Assembly (NCBI GenBank): GCA_905478185.1
Contig: CAJQHO010000038.1
Location: 1 to 60,576 of the forward strand
From: an uncultured Flavobacteriales bacterium
GTDB lineage: Bacteria > Bacteroidota > Bacteroidia > Flavobacteriales > BACL11
Direction: 5' to 3'
DNA length: 60,576 nucleotides
In this document: in pieces, positions 24,296 to 33,812 of the stretch
How the letters are laid out: every line of letters begins with the position of its first letter
Numbering within the stretch: the stretch's first letter is position 1
The notes under the pieces: model-generated
Databases searched by the model: none
What the model saw: only the letters and a program-made list of their open reading frames with translations
What the model was told of the DNA's origin: nothing
Translations under genes and position numbers: made by a program

Positions 24296-24376
24296 CTACA
24301 TCATAATAACTACTGCAAGAGCAAAAGTTATTATCACAACCAAAAAAACTAAATACGAGACTTCTTTCTTAGCCAT
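24296..24376 (-). CDS. 26-aa hydrophobic small ORF (MAKKEVSYLVFLVVIITFALAVVIMM)
   Basis: ATG at 24376 and TAG at 24298-24296. One predicted TM helix. A TATTTTTG -7-like element lies at 24412-24405 (minus) and the tandem terminators lie directly downstream. Below the ORF-track size cutoff. Confidence 0.45.
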   Translation of the reverse strand: MAKKEVSYLVFLVVIITFALAVVIMM

Positions 24377-24705
24377 TTGAGTTGCTATTTTTAGAAATTG
24401 GTGGCAAAAATATTGACACAACACCCAAAACCATAATTATTTTAAAAATCATACTGTAATTATACAACCCTAAAAGTGCATAATCAATCAGTATAAATAC
24501 GGATGCTGAAAACTTAAATTAAAATTATTGTACATAACTATAAATCAAATATTTAAGATGTTAAAAACTATGCTTTTCGTCCAATTTCGTAATTTTATTT
24601 TTTTTCCATTTTAAAAAAAAGTTAGCGATTTTTCAAAAATCTCATAGAAAATTGATGTTTGAATAATATTGATGCTTTTTTGCTAATATAATTTATTTTT
24701 GCAGA

Positions 24706-26115
24706 ATGGGAAAAAATAGAAGAAAACCAATTTTAATAGAACATATTGAAATTATTGACACGGCAAGTAAAGGGAAATCAGTAGCCAAACATGATGGAAG
24801 AGCTGTATTTGTACAAGGTGGAGTTCCTGGAGATATTTGCGATATTACCGTTTTTAAACGGAGAAAGAAATATTGGGAAGCCAGAATTGAAAAAATACAT
24901 ATTTATTCTGAAAAAAGAACAGAACCAAAATGTGAGCATTTCGGAACTTGTGGTGGCTGCAAATGGCAAAACATGAAATACGAATCTCAACTTAGCTTTA
25001 AACAAAATGAAGTACTTAACAACCTAAAAAGAATTGGAGGCATTGATCTACCTCCTCACCAAGAAATAATTGGTAGCGAAAATGAGTATTTTTACAGAAA
25101 TAAAATGGAATACACCTTCTCTAATAAAAGGTGGCTTACCATTGAAGAAATACAATCAGAAGAAGATATAGAAGACAAAGATGCTTGTGGGTTTCATGTG
25201 CCTGGAATGTTCGATAAAGTAATAAATCTGAATAATTGCTATTTACAACAAGAACCCTCAAACGCAATCAGGTTATCAGTAAAAAAGTTTGCTGATAAAA
25301 ATAATCTTACTTATTTTGATATTCGCAATCATCACGGGCTATTAAGAAACCTGATGATTCGTACTTCCTCCACAAACGATTTAATGGTTTTAGTTCAGTT
25401 TTATGAAAACGATAAAAAGAACATCAATTTACTGATGGAGCATATTAAAACTTCTTTCCCAGAAATTACTTCTTTATTGTATATCATCAACCAAAAAGCA
25501 AACAATACCATGTACGACCAAGAAGTAATTTGCTATAACGGAGAGGATTACATTATGGAAGAAATGGACGGACTGCATTTTAAGATTGGAGCAAAATCCT
25601 TTTTCCAAACCAATAGCGAACAAGCAAAAGTATTGTACCGCAAAACAAAAGAACTTGCAAATATTACTGCTGATGATTTAGTTTATGACCTTTACACAGG
25701 AACAGGGACCATAGCACAATATGTTGCTACTTCAGCTAAAAAAGTTGTTGGAATTGACTCGGTAGAAGAAGGAATAAAAGCAGCTTACTTAAATGCAGAA
25801 CACAATAATATTGACAACTGTACTTTCTATACTGGAGACATGAAAGAAATTTTTACAGATGAATTCATTGCACAAAATGGAACTCCTGATGTAATTATTA
25901 CCGACCCTCCAAGAGATGGGATGCACAAGAAAGTAGTAGAACAAATACTAAAAATTGGAGCTAAACGAATTGTATATGTAAGTTGTAATTCAGCAACACA
26001 AGCTCGTGATTTAGCTTTGATGAATGAATTATATAAAGTAAGCCACCTTCAACCGGTAGATATGTTTCCACAAACTCATCATGTAGAAAATATTGTTGTT
26101 TTGGAATTAAAGTAG
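24706..26115 (+). CDS. rlmD: 23S rRNA (uracil-C5)-methyltransferase RlmD/RumA
   Basis: N-terminal TRAM domain, Fe-S Cys cluster CEHFGTCGGCKWQ, SAM fold (DLYTGTG) and the catalytic VYVSCN motif. Confidence 0.9.
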   Translation: MGKNRRKPILIEHIEIIDTASKGKSVAKHDGRAVFVQGGVPGDICDITVFKRRKKYWEARIEKIHIYSEKRTEPKCEHFGTCGGCKWQNMKYESQLSFKQNEVLNNLKRIGGIDLPPHQEIIGSENEYFYRNKMEYTFSNKRWLTIEEIQSEEDIEDKDACGFHVPGMFDKVINLNNCYLQQEPSNAIRLSVKKFADKNNLTYFDIRNHHGLLRNLMIRTSSTNDLMVLVQFYENDKKNINLLMEHIKTSFPEITSLLYIINQKANNTMYDQEVICYNGEDYIMEEMDGLHFKIGAKSFFQTNSEQAKVLYRKTKELANITADDLVYDLYTGTGTIAQYVATSAKKVVGIDSVEEGIKAAYLNAEHNNIDNCTFYTGDMKEIFTDEFIAQNGTPDVIITDPPRDGMHKKVVEQILKIGAKRIVYVSCNSATQARDLALMNELYKVSHLQPVDMFPQTHHVENIVVLELK

Positions 26116-26148
26116 TAATTTTAGCAACAAATAGAACTATAAAAAATT

Positions 26149-26337
26149 ATGAAAAAGAACAAAATCATTACAGCTGCAGCAATTGTGTTGTTTTTAGCTG
26201 GAATTTCACACCTTATAAGAATTTTTTATGGATGGGAAATTACAATATCAGAATGGGAAATGCCAATTTGGGTAAGTTTTATAGGAGGGACTATCCCTGT
26301 ATTCTTATCTTACAACCTACTTAAACTCAAAAAATAA
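26149..26337 (+). CDS. Small two-TM membrane protein
   Basis: 62 aa with two hydrophobic helices. Its stop overlaps the next small ORF (TAATG). Confidence 0.5.
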   Translation: MKKNKIITAAAIVLFLAGISHLIRIFYGWEITISEWEMPIWVSFIGGTIPVFLSYNLLKLKK

Positions 26338-26456
26338 TGAATGATATTTGGGAAAAATTAAAAGAGCTGTATGATGCAAATCCTATTTTGTTTGGTTTTT
26401 TACTTTTCATAGATTTAGCCATTTTATACTTAATAATTCAATACTTCTTTAACTGA
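26337..26456 (+). CDS. 39-aa small membrane ORF (MNDIWEKLKELYDANPILFGFLLFIDLAILYLIIQYFFN)
   Basis: Not in the ORF track. The ATG overlaps the upstream stop (TAATG) and the TGA overlaps the downstream tsaC ATG (TGATG). Amphipathic N-terminus plus one TM helix. Confidence 0.45.
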   Translation: MNDIWEKLKELYDANPILFGFLLFIDLAILYLIIQYFFN

Positions 26457-27076
26457 TGCTCTTAAGAATTCATCCTGATAACCCAGACCCAAGGCAAATA
26501 AAAAAAGTTGTGGACTGCCTTAAAGATGGAGGTGTAATTATTTATCCAACTGATACCGTTTATGGATTTGGTTGTGATGTAAATAATAAAAAAGCAATGG
26601 AAAAACTATGCCGATTAAAAGGTATAGATATTAAAAAACACAACCTTGCATTTGTCTGTTATGATTTAAGCCATATTGCTGATTTTACTAAACACCTGGA
26701 AACATCAATTTATAAATTGATGAAAAAAACTTTACCAGGACCTTATACTTATATTTTGAATGCAAATAGCAGTATTCCAAAGCTATTTAAAAACAAGAAA
26801 AAAGAAATTGGAATAAGAATCCCAGAGAATAATATTACTAGAGAAATAGTAAAAGAGCTAGGAAATCCCATAGTTACAACATCAGTAAAAGATGATGACA
26901 TGGTAATTGAATACAGCACAGACCCTGAGTTAATTTATGAATATTTTGGAAACAGAGTAGATATGGTTATTTCAGGAGGTTTTGGAGATAGCACACATTC
27001 AACTATTATTGATTGCACTGAAAATTACCCTAAAGTTATTCGTAAAGGGAAAGGAGATACTAGCTTATTTGGCTGA
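26456..27076 (+). CDS. tsaC: L-threonylcarbamoyladenylate synthase (YrdC/TsaC family)
   Basis: YPTDTVYGFGCD and ...TTSVK.. are YrdC-domain motifs; about 206 aa. Confidence 0.85.
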   Translation: MLLRIHPDNPDPRQIKKVVDCLKDGGVIIYPTDTVYGFGCDVNNKKAMEKLCRLKGIDIKKHNLAFVCYDLSHIADFTKHLETSIYKLMKKTLPGPYTYILNANSSIPKLFKNKKKEIGIRIPENNITREIVKELGNPIVTTSVKDDDMVIEYSTDPELIYEYFGNRVDMVISGGFGDSTHSTIIDCTENYPKVIRKGKGDTSLFG

Positions 27077-27635
27077 TAATTTTAATAACTTGAGGTAATA
27101 TTAATTCAACCCCATCATTTACAATTATGTAATCAGATAATTTTTCTTTTTCTGATTGTTTCATCTGGCTCTCAATTCTACTTTTAACCTGATTAATTGA
27201 ATCATTATCTCTTTGTTGCACTCTTTGAATTCTGATATTTTCAGGGGCAGTTACACAGATTACTTTATCAAGTCCTATATGTGAATTGCTTTCAAACAAA
27301 ATGGCTGCTTCTTTTACAACTATTTCAGACTCTTGCTTTTCACACCAATCTAAAAAACTTTGCTTTACAACAGGATGAACTAGTGCATTTAACTCATTAA
27401 GTTTTTTAATATCAGAAAAAATAATACTTGCTAAAATTTCTTTTTGTAATTTTCCATCAATATAAATAACATTACCAAATATTAATTTGATATTTTTAAT
27501 TAATTCTAAATCTGAAACCATGCATTTTTTCGCTTCAACATCTGCATTAAAAACAGGGATACCCATTTGATGAAACAACTTAGCAACAAAAGTTTTACCT
27601 ACTCCAATCCCACCAGTTAATCCTATTTTTTTCAT
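27060..27635 (-). CDS. coaE: Dephospho-CoA kinase
   Basis: MKKIGLTGGIGVGKT P-loop at the N-terminus. The ATGA overlap with the bshA stop supports a start at 27635; the track start is 27650. Confidence 0.9.
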   Translation of the reverse strand: MKKIGLTGGIGVGKTFVAKLFHQMGIPVFNADVEAKKCMVSDLELIKNIKLIFGNVIYIDGKLQKEILASIIFSDIKKLNELNALVHPVVKQSFLDWCEKQESEIVVKEAAILFESNSHIGLDKVICVTAPENIRIQRVQQRDNDSINQVKSRIESQMKQSEKEKLSDYIIVNDGVELILPQVIKIISQIS

Positions 27636-28777
27636 GATTTCATTTTGCAAGAAAGTTCCTGATAAACGGCTTCATATTGTGGTAAAATATTTGGCAAATC
27701 AAAAGTATGCGCATGTGCTAAAGCATTTTCTTTGAATGCATTTAGCTTTTCATTATCTATCAGTAAACTTAAAGTATCACTTACCATTTTGTTCACATCC
27801 CCTACTTCTGATAAATAACCTGTTTTCCCATCAATATTTACTTCAGGAAGCCCACCAGTATTAGTCGATATTACTGCCACTTTACTCGCCATAGCTTCCA
27901 AAGCAACCAAACCAAAACTTTCTCTTTCGGAAGGTAAAATAAAAATATCAGTAATTGAAAGCATTTTTTCAATTACCTTTAACTTTCCTAGAAATTTTAC
28001 TTTATCACAAATACCTAATTTTCGGCACAATTGCTCTACCTTTAAGCGCTCAGGCCCGTCCCCAATCATTAATAATTTTGCTGGAACTTCTTTGTGAACT
28101 TTATTAAAAATCTTGATAACATCTTCTACTCTTTTTACTTTTCTAAAATTAGAAATATGCGTTAAAATAAACTCTTCCTTTTTTGCAAATCGATTTCGTA
28201 ATTTCATATCATCTTCCTGCTGATATAAACTCATGTCAATAAAATTAGGGATAGACTTTATCTCATTTTTAATATTAAAATGTTCTAAAGTTTCACTTTT
28301 TAAATCCTCAGAAACAGCAGTTATCGTATCTGACATATTTATCGCATATTCAATAACTGGTTTAAATGATTTATCCTTACCCAAAAGTGTGATATCTGTT
28401 CCGTGCAAAGTAGTCACAATTGGAATATCAATACCATGAGTTGCTAAAATTTGCTTAGCATTAACTGCTGCACTAGCATGAGGAATTGCATAATGAACAT
28501 GCAAGATATTTAACTTTTCATGCAAAGCTACATCTACTAATTTTGAAGTCAAATTAAGCTCATAAGGTGCGTATTCAAAAAGAGGATAATCAGGGACACT
28601 TACCTCATGATAATAAATTTTTTCTGAAAAAATATCAAGTCTAAATGGTTGGTCGTAAGAAATAAAATGTACCTCATGACCTTTTTCAGCAAGTGCAATT
28701 CCAAGTTCGGTCGCCACTACTCCACTACCACCATAAGTTGGGTAACAAACAATACCTATTTTAAGTTTCTTATTCAT
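27632..28777 (-). CDS. bshA: N-acetyl-alpha-D-glucosaminyl L-malate synthase (bacillithiol biosynthesis, GT4)
   Basis: KIGIVCYPTYGGSGVVATELG..LA.KGHEVHFI N-terminus and the C-terminal ESFGLVALEAMA GT4 motif are characteristic of BshA. Confidence 0.8.
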   Translation of the reverse strand: MNKKLKIGIVCYPTYGGSGVVATELGIALAEKGHEVHFISYDQPFRLDIFSEKIYYHEVSVPDYPLFEYAPYELNLTSKLVDVALHEKLNILHVHYAIPHASAAVNAKQILATHGIDIPIVTTLHGTDITLLGKDKSFKPVIEYAINMSDTITAVSEDLKSETLEHFNIKNEIKSIPNFIDMSLYQQEDDMKLRNRFAKKEEFILTHISNFRKVKRVEDVIKIFNKVHKEVPAKLLMIGDGPERLKVEQLCRKLGICDKVKFLGKLKVIEKMLSITDIFILPSERESFGLVALEAMASKVAVISTNTGGLPEVNIDGKTGYLSEVGDVNKMVSDTLSLLIDNEKLNAFKENALAHAHTFDLPNILPQYEAVYQELSCKMKS

Positions 28778-31706
28778 TTAAACTATCATAAATTACTTGC
28801 ATAATTTCAGTTCTCACATCCATATTCAATAACTTCTTATTGTTTGCATCAGGATGAATTCTATTGGATAAAAATACATAAACTAAATCAGTTGATGGGT
28901 CAGCCCAAGCCAAAGTTCCAGTAAAACCACTATGACCAAAGCTTGATAATGAAACGCATTGGCAAGTTGTACCACCTTCTTCTCCTTCCAGAACTGGTTT
29001 ATCAAATCCAGCTCCTCTCCTATTATCATTATTAGGAAATTGACATTTAGTAAATTCCTTTACCACTTCTTTTGATAAATATTGCTCACCTGCATACTCA
29101 CCATTTTGCAAATACATTTGCATCAATTTTGCTAAATCATTAGCATTAGAAAAAAGTCCAGCATGGCCACTAACACCACCCTGCATAGCCGATCCCATAT
29201 CATGCACATACCCTTTTAAAAGCTGACTTCTAAACTCATAATCAAATTCAGTTGGAACAATTCTATTTGGTTTAATTCTACCCAAAGGTAAATATCCTAA
29301 GTTTTCCATTCCAAGCCCTTTATAGAATTGTTCCTCAACAATATTATTAAGTTGCTTTTTATATTTCGATTCAATCAACTTCTTAAAAAAGTAGTATCCT
29401 AAATCAGAATAGCGATAATCTTTATTTTCTAATAATTCTGATTCTTTTATTTGCTGAACAATTGAATCAGAAAATTGGGCGTGTAGATAAATTCCTTCAG
29501 CAACTTTAATAGGATATTCTTCTGATTCAAATTTACTATACAAAGTATCTCTTAAACTCATAATACCAGAAACACTGTCCTTTTGTAAAGTTTGTTTGTA
29601 AAACGGAATCCAAGTGTCTAGTCTGGACTGATGAGATAAAATTTCACGAATAATTAAATCCTTTTTATCAGAGCTATCAAGAGGCATATAAACTGCTAGT
29701 TTTTCATCTAAATCAAGACTACCATCATCAACCATTTGCATTAAAACTGGTACAGTTGCTCCAATTTTTGTAATTGACGCTAAATCATAAATATCAGAAT
29801 TTCTTACGGCTATTTTTTCATCATAAGTATGATAACCGTATGATTTATTAAAGAAAATATCACCATCTTTTGCGATTAAAACCTGACAACCAGGTGTAGC
29901 TTTTTCAGCAATTGCATTTTCAGCAATACTATCAATTTTATAAAGCAAATCTGATCTGAAATTTATTTCTTCTGGAGACACATATTTCATTCTAATAGAT
30001 TCAGTTTTTAACCCTGAATTTATTTCATAATGATTAGATGTAACTGGTATTTTACCACTCATTCCAATACCACCAAAAATGGCTTGAGCACTTTGCTCTT
30101 GTGCTACTTTACTATTTTGATAACTAAGTAAAAGCGCATCAAAATTATTAATAAACAAAAAAGAATTCAAACTATAAGGATTTGCAAAAACAGAAACCAC
30201 AACTTTAGATTGCAATGCAATAGATTGCAATAAAATATCCGTTTTCTTATCAATCTTATAGGGCTTCCAGGCATTTGCATTTGACTTATGTACGCTAGCA
30301 ATAACTAGATTAAATTCAGCTAATTTGTTTAATAAAACAACCTGTTCAGAAGTAGTTGCTTTCTCAGAAATTGTAAAATGAGTAGTTGGAGCATAATTAG
30401 ACAGCATAGACTGAAAGTCAGCACCACTTTCACCAATAGAAACAGAAGCAATTCGCAATGTATCTAATCTTTTTAAAGGCAATAAATCATCATAATTCTG
30501 CAACAAAGTTAATGATGATTTTACCAACTTTTTATCTAATAGTTCGGTTTCATTTGTAATAATTTCATCAGCAACTTTTTCCAAATTTACAGGAGAATAA
30601 TTATCTAGCCCCATCCATTGTTTTGCTTTTAAAATCTTCAAACATCTTGCATCAATCTCTTTTTGAGTAATTTGATTTTTAGCAATTGCTTTTTTAATTT
30701 CTTCAATTGCTTTTGGAACATTCAAGGGATAAAGCAAAACATCATTACCTGCAAGCAAAGCTTTTACATCAACTATTCCTGGTTCATAAAAATCACTTAC
30801 CCCTTTCATATTTAATCCATCAGTAATTGCCAAGCCAGTAAAGCCCATTTCAGTTTTTAGCAATCCATCTACTACTTTAGGAGAAAGAGATACAGCCAAA
30901 TTCTTAGTATCATCTAGTACTGGAATATGCAAATGAGCAACCATAATTGAACCAATTCCATTATTAATTAACTTTTTAAAAGGAACTAATTCTACTTCAT
31001 CTAAACGATACTTCAGGTGATTTACTGTAGGTAATGTTTTATGAGAATCAGCATCTGTATCACCATGTCCAGGAAAATGTTTTGCACAGGCTAAAACCTT
31101 ATTATCTTGCATTCCCTTCATGTAAGCTACCCCCATCCGTCCAACTTTCTCAGGATTTTCACCAAAGGAACGGTTATTAATAATTGGGTTTTCAGGGTTT
31201 GAATTAACATCAACAACAGGAGCAAAATTAATGTGAGTTCCTATAAGTTTGCATTGACGCGCTACTTCTTCTCCCATTTGGTAAATTAAGTTAGTATCTT
31301 CAATAGCACCCAAAGTCATTGGCCAAGGAAAACTCAATGCAGAATCCAATCGCATAGCCACTCCCCATTCTGCATCCATAGCAATCATTAAAGGAGTTTT
31401 AGTTATTGACTGATAATAATTAGTCAACTTTGCCTGCCTTACAGGACCACCTTGCAAAAACATCAAACCACCAACTTTATAATGTTCAATCAAATCAGTA
31501 ATTTGTTGTTTATGTGCATCTCCTTGATTAGAGTAAGCAGTAACTATAAACATCTGTGCAATACGCTCATCCTCTGATAAAGTAGTCATTAGACTGTCGG
31601 CCCAAGAAGTTGAATCAGTTAAGAAAACAGCTTTACTTTGTGCATTTATATTGGAAATATTACTAATAAAAACTACAAAAAGTAATATTAAAATCTTAAT
31701 TTTTCT
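28770..31706 (-). CDS. Secreted GH3 beta-N-acetylglucosaminidase (NagZ-like) fused to a beta-lactamase-fold serine hydrolase
   Basis: Signal peptide and GH3 motif KHFPGHGDTDADSH. The C-terminal half has SxxK (ASITK), YSD and HSG boxes of the class C/PBP4*-like fold. Start at MRKIKIL; the track start is 31742. Confidence 0.85.
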   Translation of the reverse strand, partial: RKIKILILLFVVFISNISNINAQSKAVFLTDSTSWADSLMTTLSEDERIAQMFIVTAYSNQGDAHKQQITDLIEHYKVGGLMFLQGGPVRQAKLTNYYQSITKTPLMIAMDAEWGVAMRLDSALSFPWPMTLGAIEDTNLIYQMGEEVARQCKLIGTHINFAPVVDVNSNPENPIINNRSFGENPEKVGRMGVAYMKGMQDNKVLACAKHFPGHGDTDADSHKTLPTVNHLKYRLDEVELVPFKKLINNGIGSIMVAHLHIPVLDDTKNLAVSLSPKVVDGLLKTEMGFTGLAITDGLNMKGVSDFYEPGIVDVKALLAGNDVLLYPLNVPKAIEEIKKAIAKNQITQKEIDARCLKILKAKQWMGLDNYSPVNLEKVADEIITNETELLDKKLVKSSLTLLQNYDDLLPLKRLDTLRIASVSIGESGADFQSMLSNYAPTTHFTISEKATTSEQVVLLNKLAEFNLVIASVHKSNANAWKPYKIDKKTDILLQSIALQSKVVVSVFANPYSLNSFLFINNFDALLLSYQNSKVAQEQSAQAIFGGIGMSGKIPVTSNHYEINSGLKTESIRMKYVSPEEINFRSDLLYKIDSIAENAIAEKATPGCQVLIAKDGDIFFNKSYGYHTYDEKIAVRNSDIYDLASITKIGATVPVLMQMVDDGSLDLDEKLAVYMPLDSSDKKDLIIREILSHQSRLDTWIPFYKQTLQKDSVSGIMSLRDTLYSKFESEEYPIKVAEGIYLHAQFSDSIVQQIKESELLENKDYRYSDLGYYFFKKLIESKYKKQLNNIVEEQFYKGLGMENLGYLPLGRIKPNRIVPTEFDYEFRSQLLKGYVHDMGSAMQGGVSGHAGLFSNANDLAKLMQMYLQNGEYAGEQYLSKEVVKEFTKCQFPNNDNRRGAGFDKPVLEGEEGGTTCQCVSLSSFGHSGFTGTLAWADPSTDLVYVFLSNRIHPDANNKKLLNMDVRTEIMQVIYDSLNE

Positions 31707-31803
31707 CATAGTCGTAAAATTAGAAATTGTAGCTAAAATCAAAAAGAATTAACAAAAGTAAAATCATTACTTATCAACTAAAATATTTAATACTTTTGTA
31801 AAT

Positions 31804-32043
31804 ATGCATGCACCAAAACTTCCATCATTTTTTAGAACAGTAAATAGCAAAAGATTTTTGTTTAAGCCGAGGTATTATGATGAAAGAAAGGAACGTATTG
31901 AACAACTAAAAAAAGAAGGGAAATCTCCTCTAAAATTCAAAAGACAAAAGCTGAAACATCCAGCGCAAAAAGGAAGAGGAAGAATAATTATATTTTTGAT
32001 TATTATTTTATCTTTGCTTGCATACAAATTCATCATTAATTAA
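31804..32043 (+). CDS. Small basic protein with C-terminal TM anchor
   Basis: 79 aa, Lys/Arg-rich (KPRYYDERKERIEQLKKEGK) and ending in IIIFLIIILSLLAY. A TACTTTTG -7 element lies at 31790-31797. Confidence 0.5.
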   Translation: MHAPKLPSFFRTVNSKRFLFKPRYYDERKERIEQLKKEGKSPLKFKRQKLKHPAQKGRGRIIIFLIIILSLLAYKFIIN

Positions 32044-32056
32044 GCCAGAGTTTACA

Positions 32057-33811
32057 TTGGATATCATTCAATTATTACCAGATCATGTAGCTAATCAAAT
32101 TGCAGCCGGAGAAGTAATTCAAAGGCCAGCATCAGCTGTAAAAGAAATGCTAGAAAACGCATTGGATGCAGGAGGATCTGAAATAAAATTATTCGTAAAA
32201 GATGCAGGAAAAACACTTTTGAAAGTAGTAGATAATGGATGTGGAATGAGCGAAACAGATGTAAGAATGTGTTTTGAACGCCATGCAACATCAAAAATTA
32301 AATCAGCAGATGATTTATTTGAAATACAAACTATGGGATTTAGAGGAGAAGCAATGGCGTCAATTGCTGCTATTGCTCACGTTGAAGTCAATACAAAATT
32401 AACATCTAATGAACTTGGAACTCATATAATCATTGAAGGAAGTGAAATAAAAACACATGAGGATTGTGCAACAGCTAATGGAACTTCAATAAAAGTTAAA
32501 AACCTTTTTTATAATGTTCCAGCAAGAAGAAATTTCTTAAAATCTGATAAAGTTGAGATGCGACATTTAACTGAGGTATTTACAAGAGTATCTCTAGCAA
32601 ATCCGAATGTAAAAATGCAATTGTTTCATAATAATAACGAGATTTTTCATCTTCCAATAAGTAATTTCAGACAAAGGATAGTTAATATTATTGGTGGTAA
32701 AAAGAATGAAAATTTAGTTCCAGTTGAAGAAGAAACTACTGTTGTTAAAATTGATGGATTTGTAGGAAAACCAGAGGCTGCAAAAAGAACAAGAGGTGAA
32801 CAATACTTTTTCGTAAATGGTCGATTCATAAAAAGCAACTATTTAAATCATGCTGTTAGTAAGGCATTTGAAGAATTAATTCCTCATAATTACTTCCCAT
32901 CTTATTTTATTAATTTAGATATTGATCCAAAATTAATTGACATCAATATTCACCCTACAAAAACGGAAATAAAGTTTGAAGATGAACAAGCAATTTATGC
33001 AATTATTAGAGCTTGTGTAAAACGATCGTTAGGCGCTTACAACATTGCGCCAACTCTTGATTTTTCTCAAGAACTTTCATTTGACTTAGGATATAAACAA
33101 GACAAACAAACAACAATAAAAGAACCAACAATTAAGATTGATTCATCTTACAACCCTTTCGAAAATAAAAGAGAAAATCAACCAAAACAAACAGAGGTAA
33201 AAGCAGAAGAAAAATGGGAAACTCCTTCTTTTGAAAAAGATTTTGTTCCAGAAGTCGAAAATACTGATTTGCAACAGATAGGAAACCATTTTATAGCTGT
33301 GCCAAATGAAAATGGGTTGCTTTTAGTACACCAAAGAAGAGCACACAAAAGAATCCTATTCGAATATTTCACAAAGGTTTTAAATAGCAACAAAGGACAA
33401 TCTCAACAATTATTATTTCCCAAAGGAATTGAATTGAATAAGTCAGAAATTGGAATAATTACCGACATGACTAATGAGCTGAATAAAGTTGGATTTAATT
33501 TTGAGGTAAAAGAAAACCACATTTCAATAAACGGAATTCCTCCAGAATGCCAAGAGGAAAACTTGCAATTTGTAATTGAAGATTTAATTGAACAACATAA
33601 AAATTCAGAAGATTTACTAACTGAACAACAAAATACTTTAGCAGTTTCACTTGCTACTTCTCTTGCTATAAATGAAGTAAAAAAGTTAAGCTCTGAAGAA
33701 ATGATTGGATTAAAAAATGAATTGCTAAAATGCGAAACACCAAGCGTGTGCCCAAGTGGAAAACGAACAATGATCAATATAAAAACTGCTGATTTAGAAA
33801 AATACTTTTAA
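32057..33811 (+). CDS. mutL: DNA mismatch repair protein MutL
   Basis: (M)DIIQLLPDHVANQIAAGEVIQRPASAVKEMLENALDAG GHKL ATPase motifs. An in-frame TTG at 32057 gives the canonical N-terminus; the track's ATG at 32018 overlaps the upstream ORF. Confidence 0.93.
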   Translation: MDIIQLLPDHVANQIAAGEVIQRPASAVKEMLENALDAGGSEIKLFVKDAGKTLLKVVDNGCGMSETDVRMCFERHATSKIKSADDLFEIQTMGFRGEAMASIAAIAHVEVNTKLTSNELGTHIIIEGSEIKTHEDCATANGTSIKVKNLFYNVPARRNFLKSDKVEMRHLTEVFTRVSLANPNVKMQLFHNNNEIFHLPISNFRQRIVNIIGGKKNENLVPVEEETTVVKIDGFVGKPEAAKRTRGEQYFFVNGRFIKSNYLNHAVSKAFEELIPHNYFPSYFINLDIDPKLIDINIHPTKTEIKFEDEQAIYAIIRACVKRSLGAYNIAPTLDFSQELSFDLGYKQDKQTTIKEPTIKIDSSYNPFENKRENQPKQTEVKAEEKWETPSFEKDFVPEVENTDLQQIGNHFIAVPNENGLLLVHQRRAHKRILFEYFTKVLNSNKGQSQQLLFPKGIELNKSEIGIITDMTNELNKVGFNFEVKENHISINGIPPECQEENLQFVIEDLIEQHKNSEDLLTEQQNTLAVSLATSLAINEVKKLSSEEMIGLKNELLKCETPSVCPSGKRTMINIKTADLEKYF

Positions 33812-33812
33812 C

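Noticed and set aside
24377-24705. The 330-bp AT-rich divergent intergenic region, considered as an origin, a tRNA/sRNA gene or a mobile-element scar
   Set aside because: It has no DnaA boxes, cloverleaf-capable GC segments, terminal inverted repeats or direct-repeat flanks. It is best explained as two divergent promoters.
32091-33777. Four minus-strand ORFs (63-124 aa) inside mutL
   Set aside because: They are antisense to a full-length MutL with canonical GHKL motifs and are hydrophobic or low-complexity.
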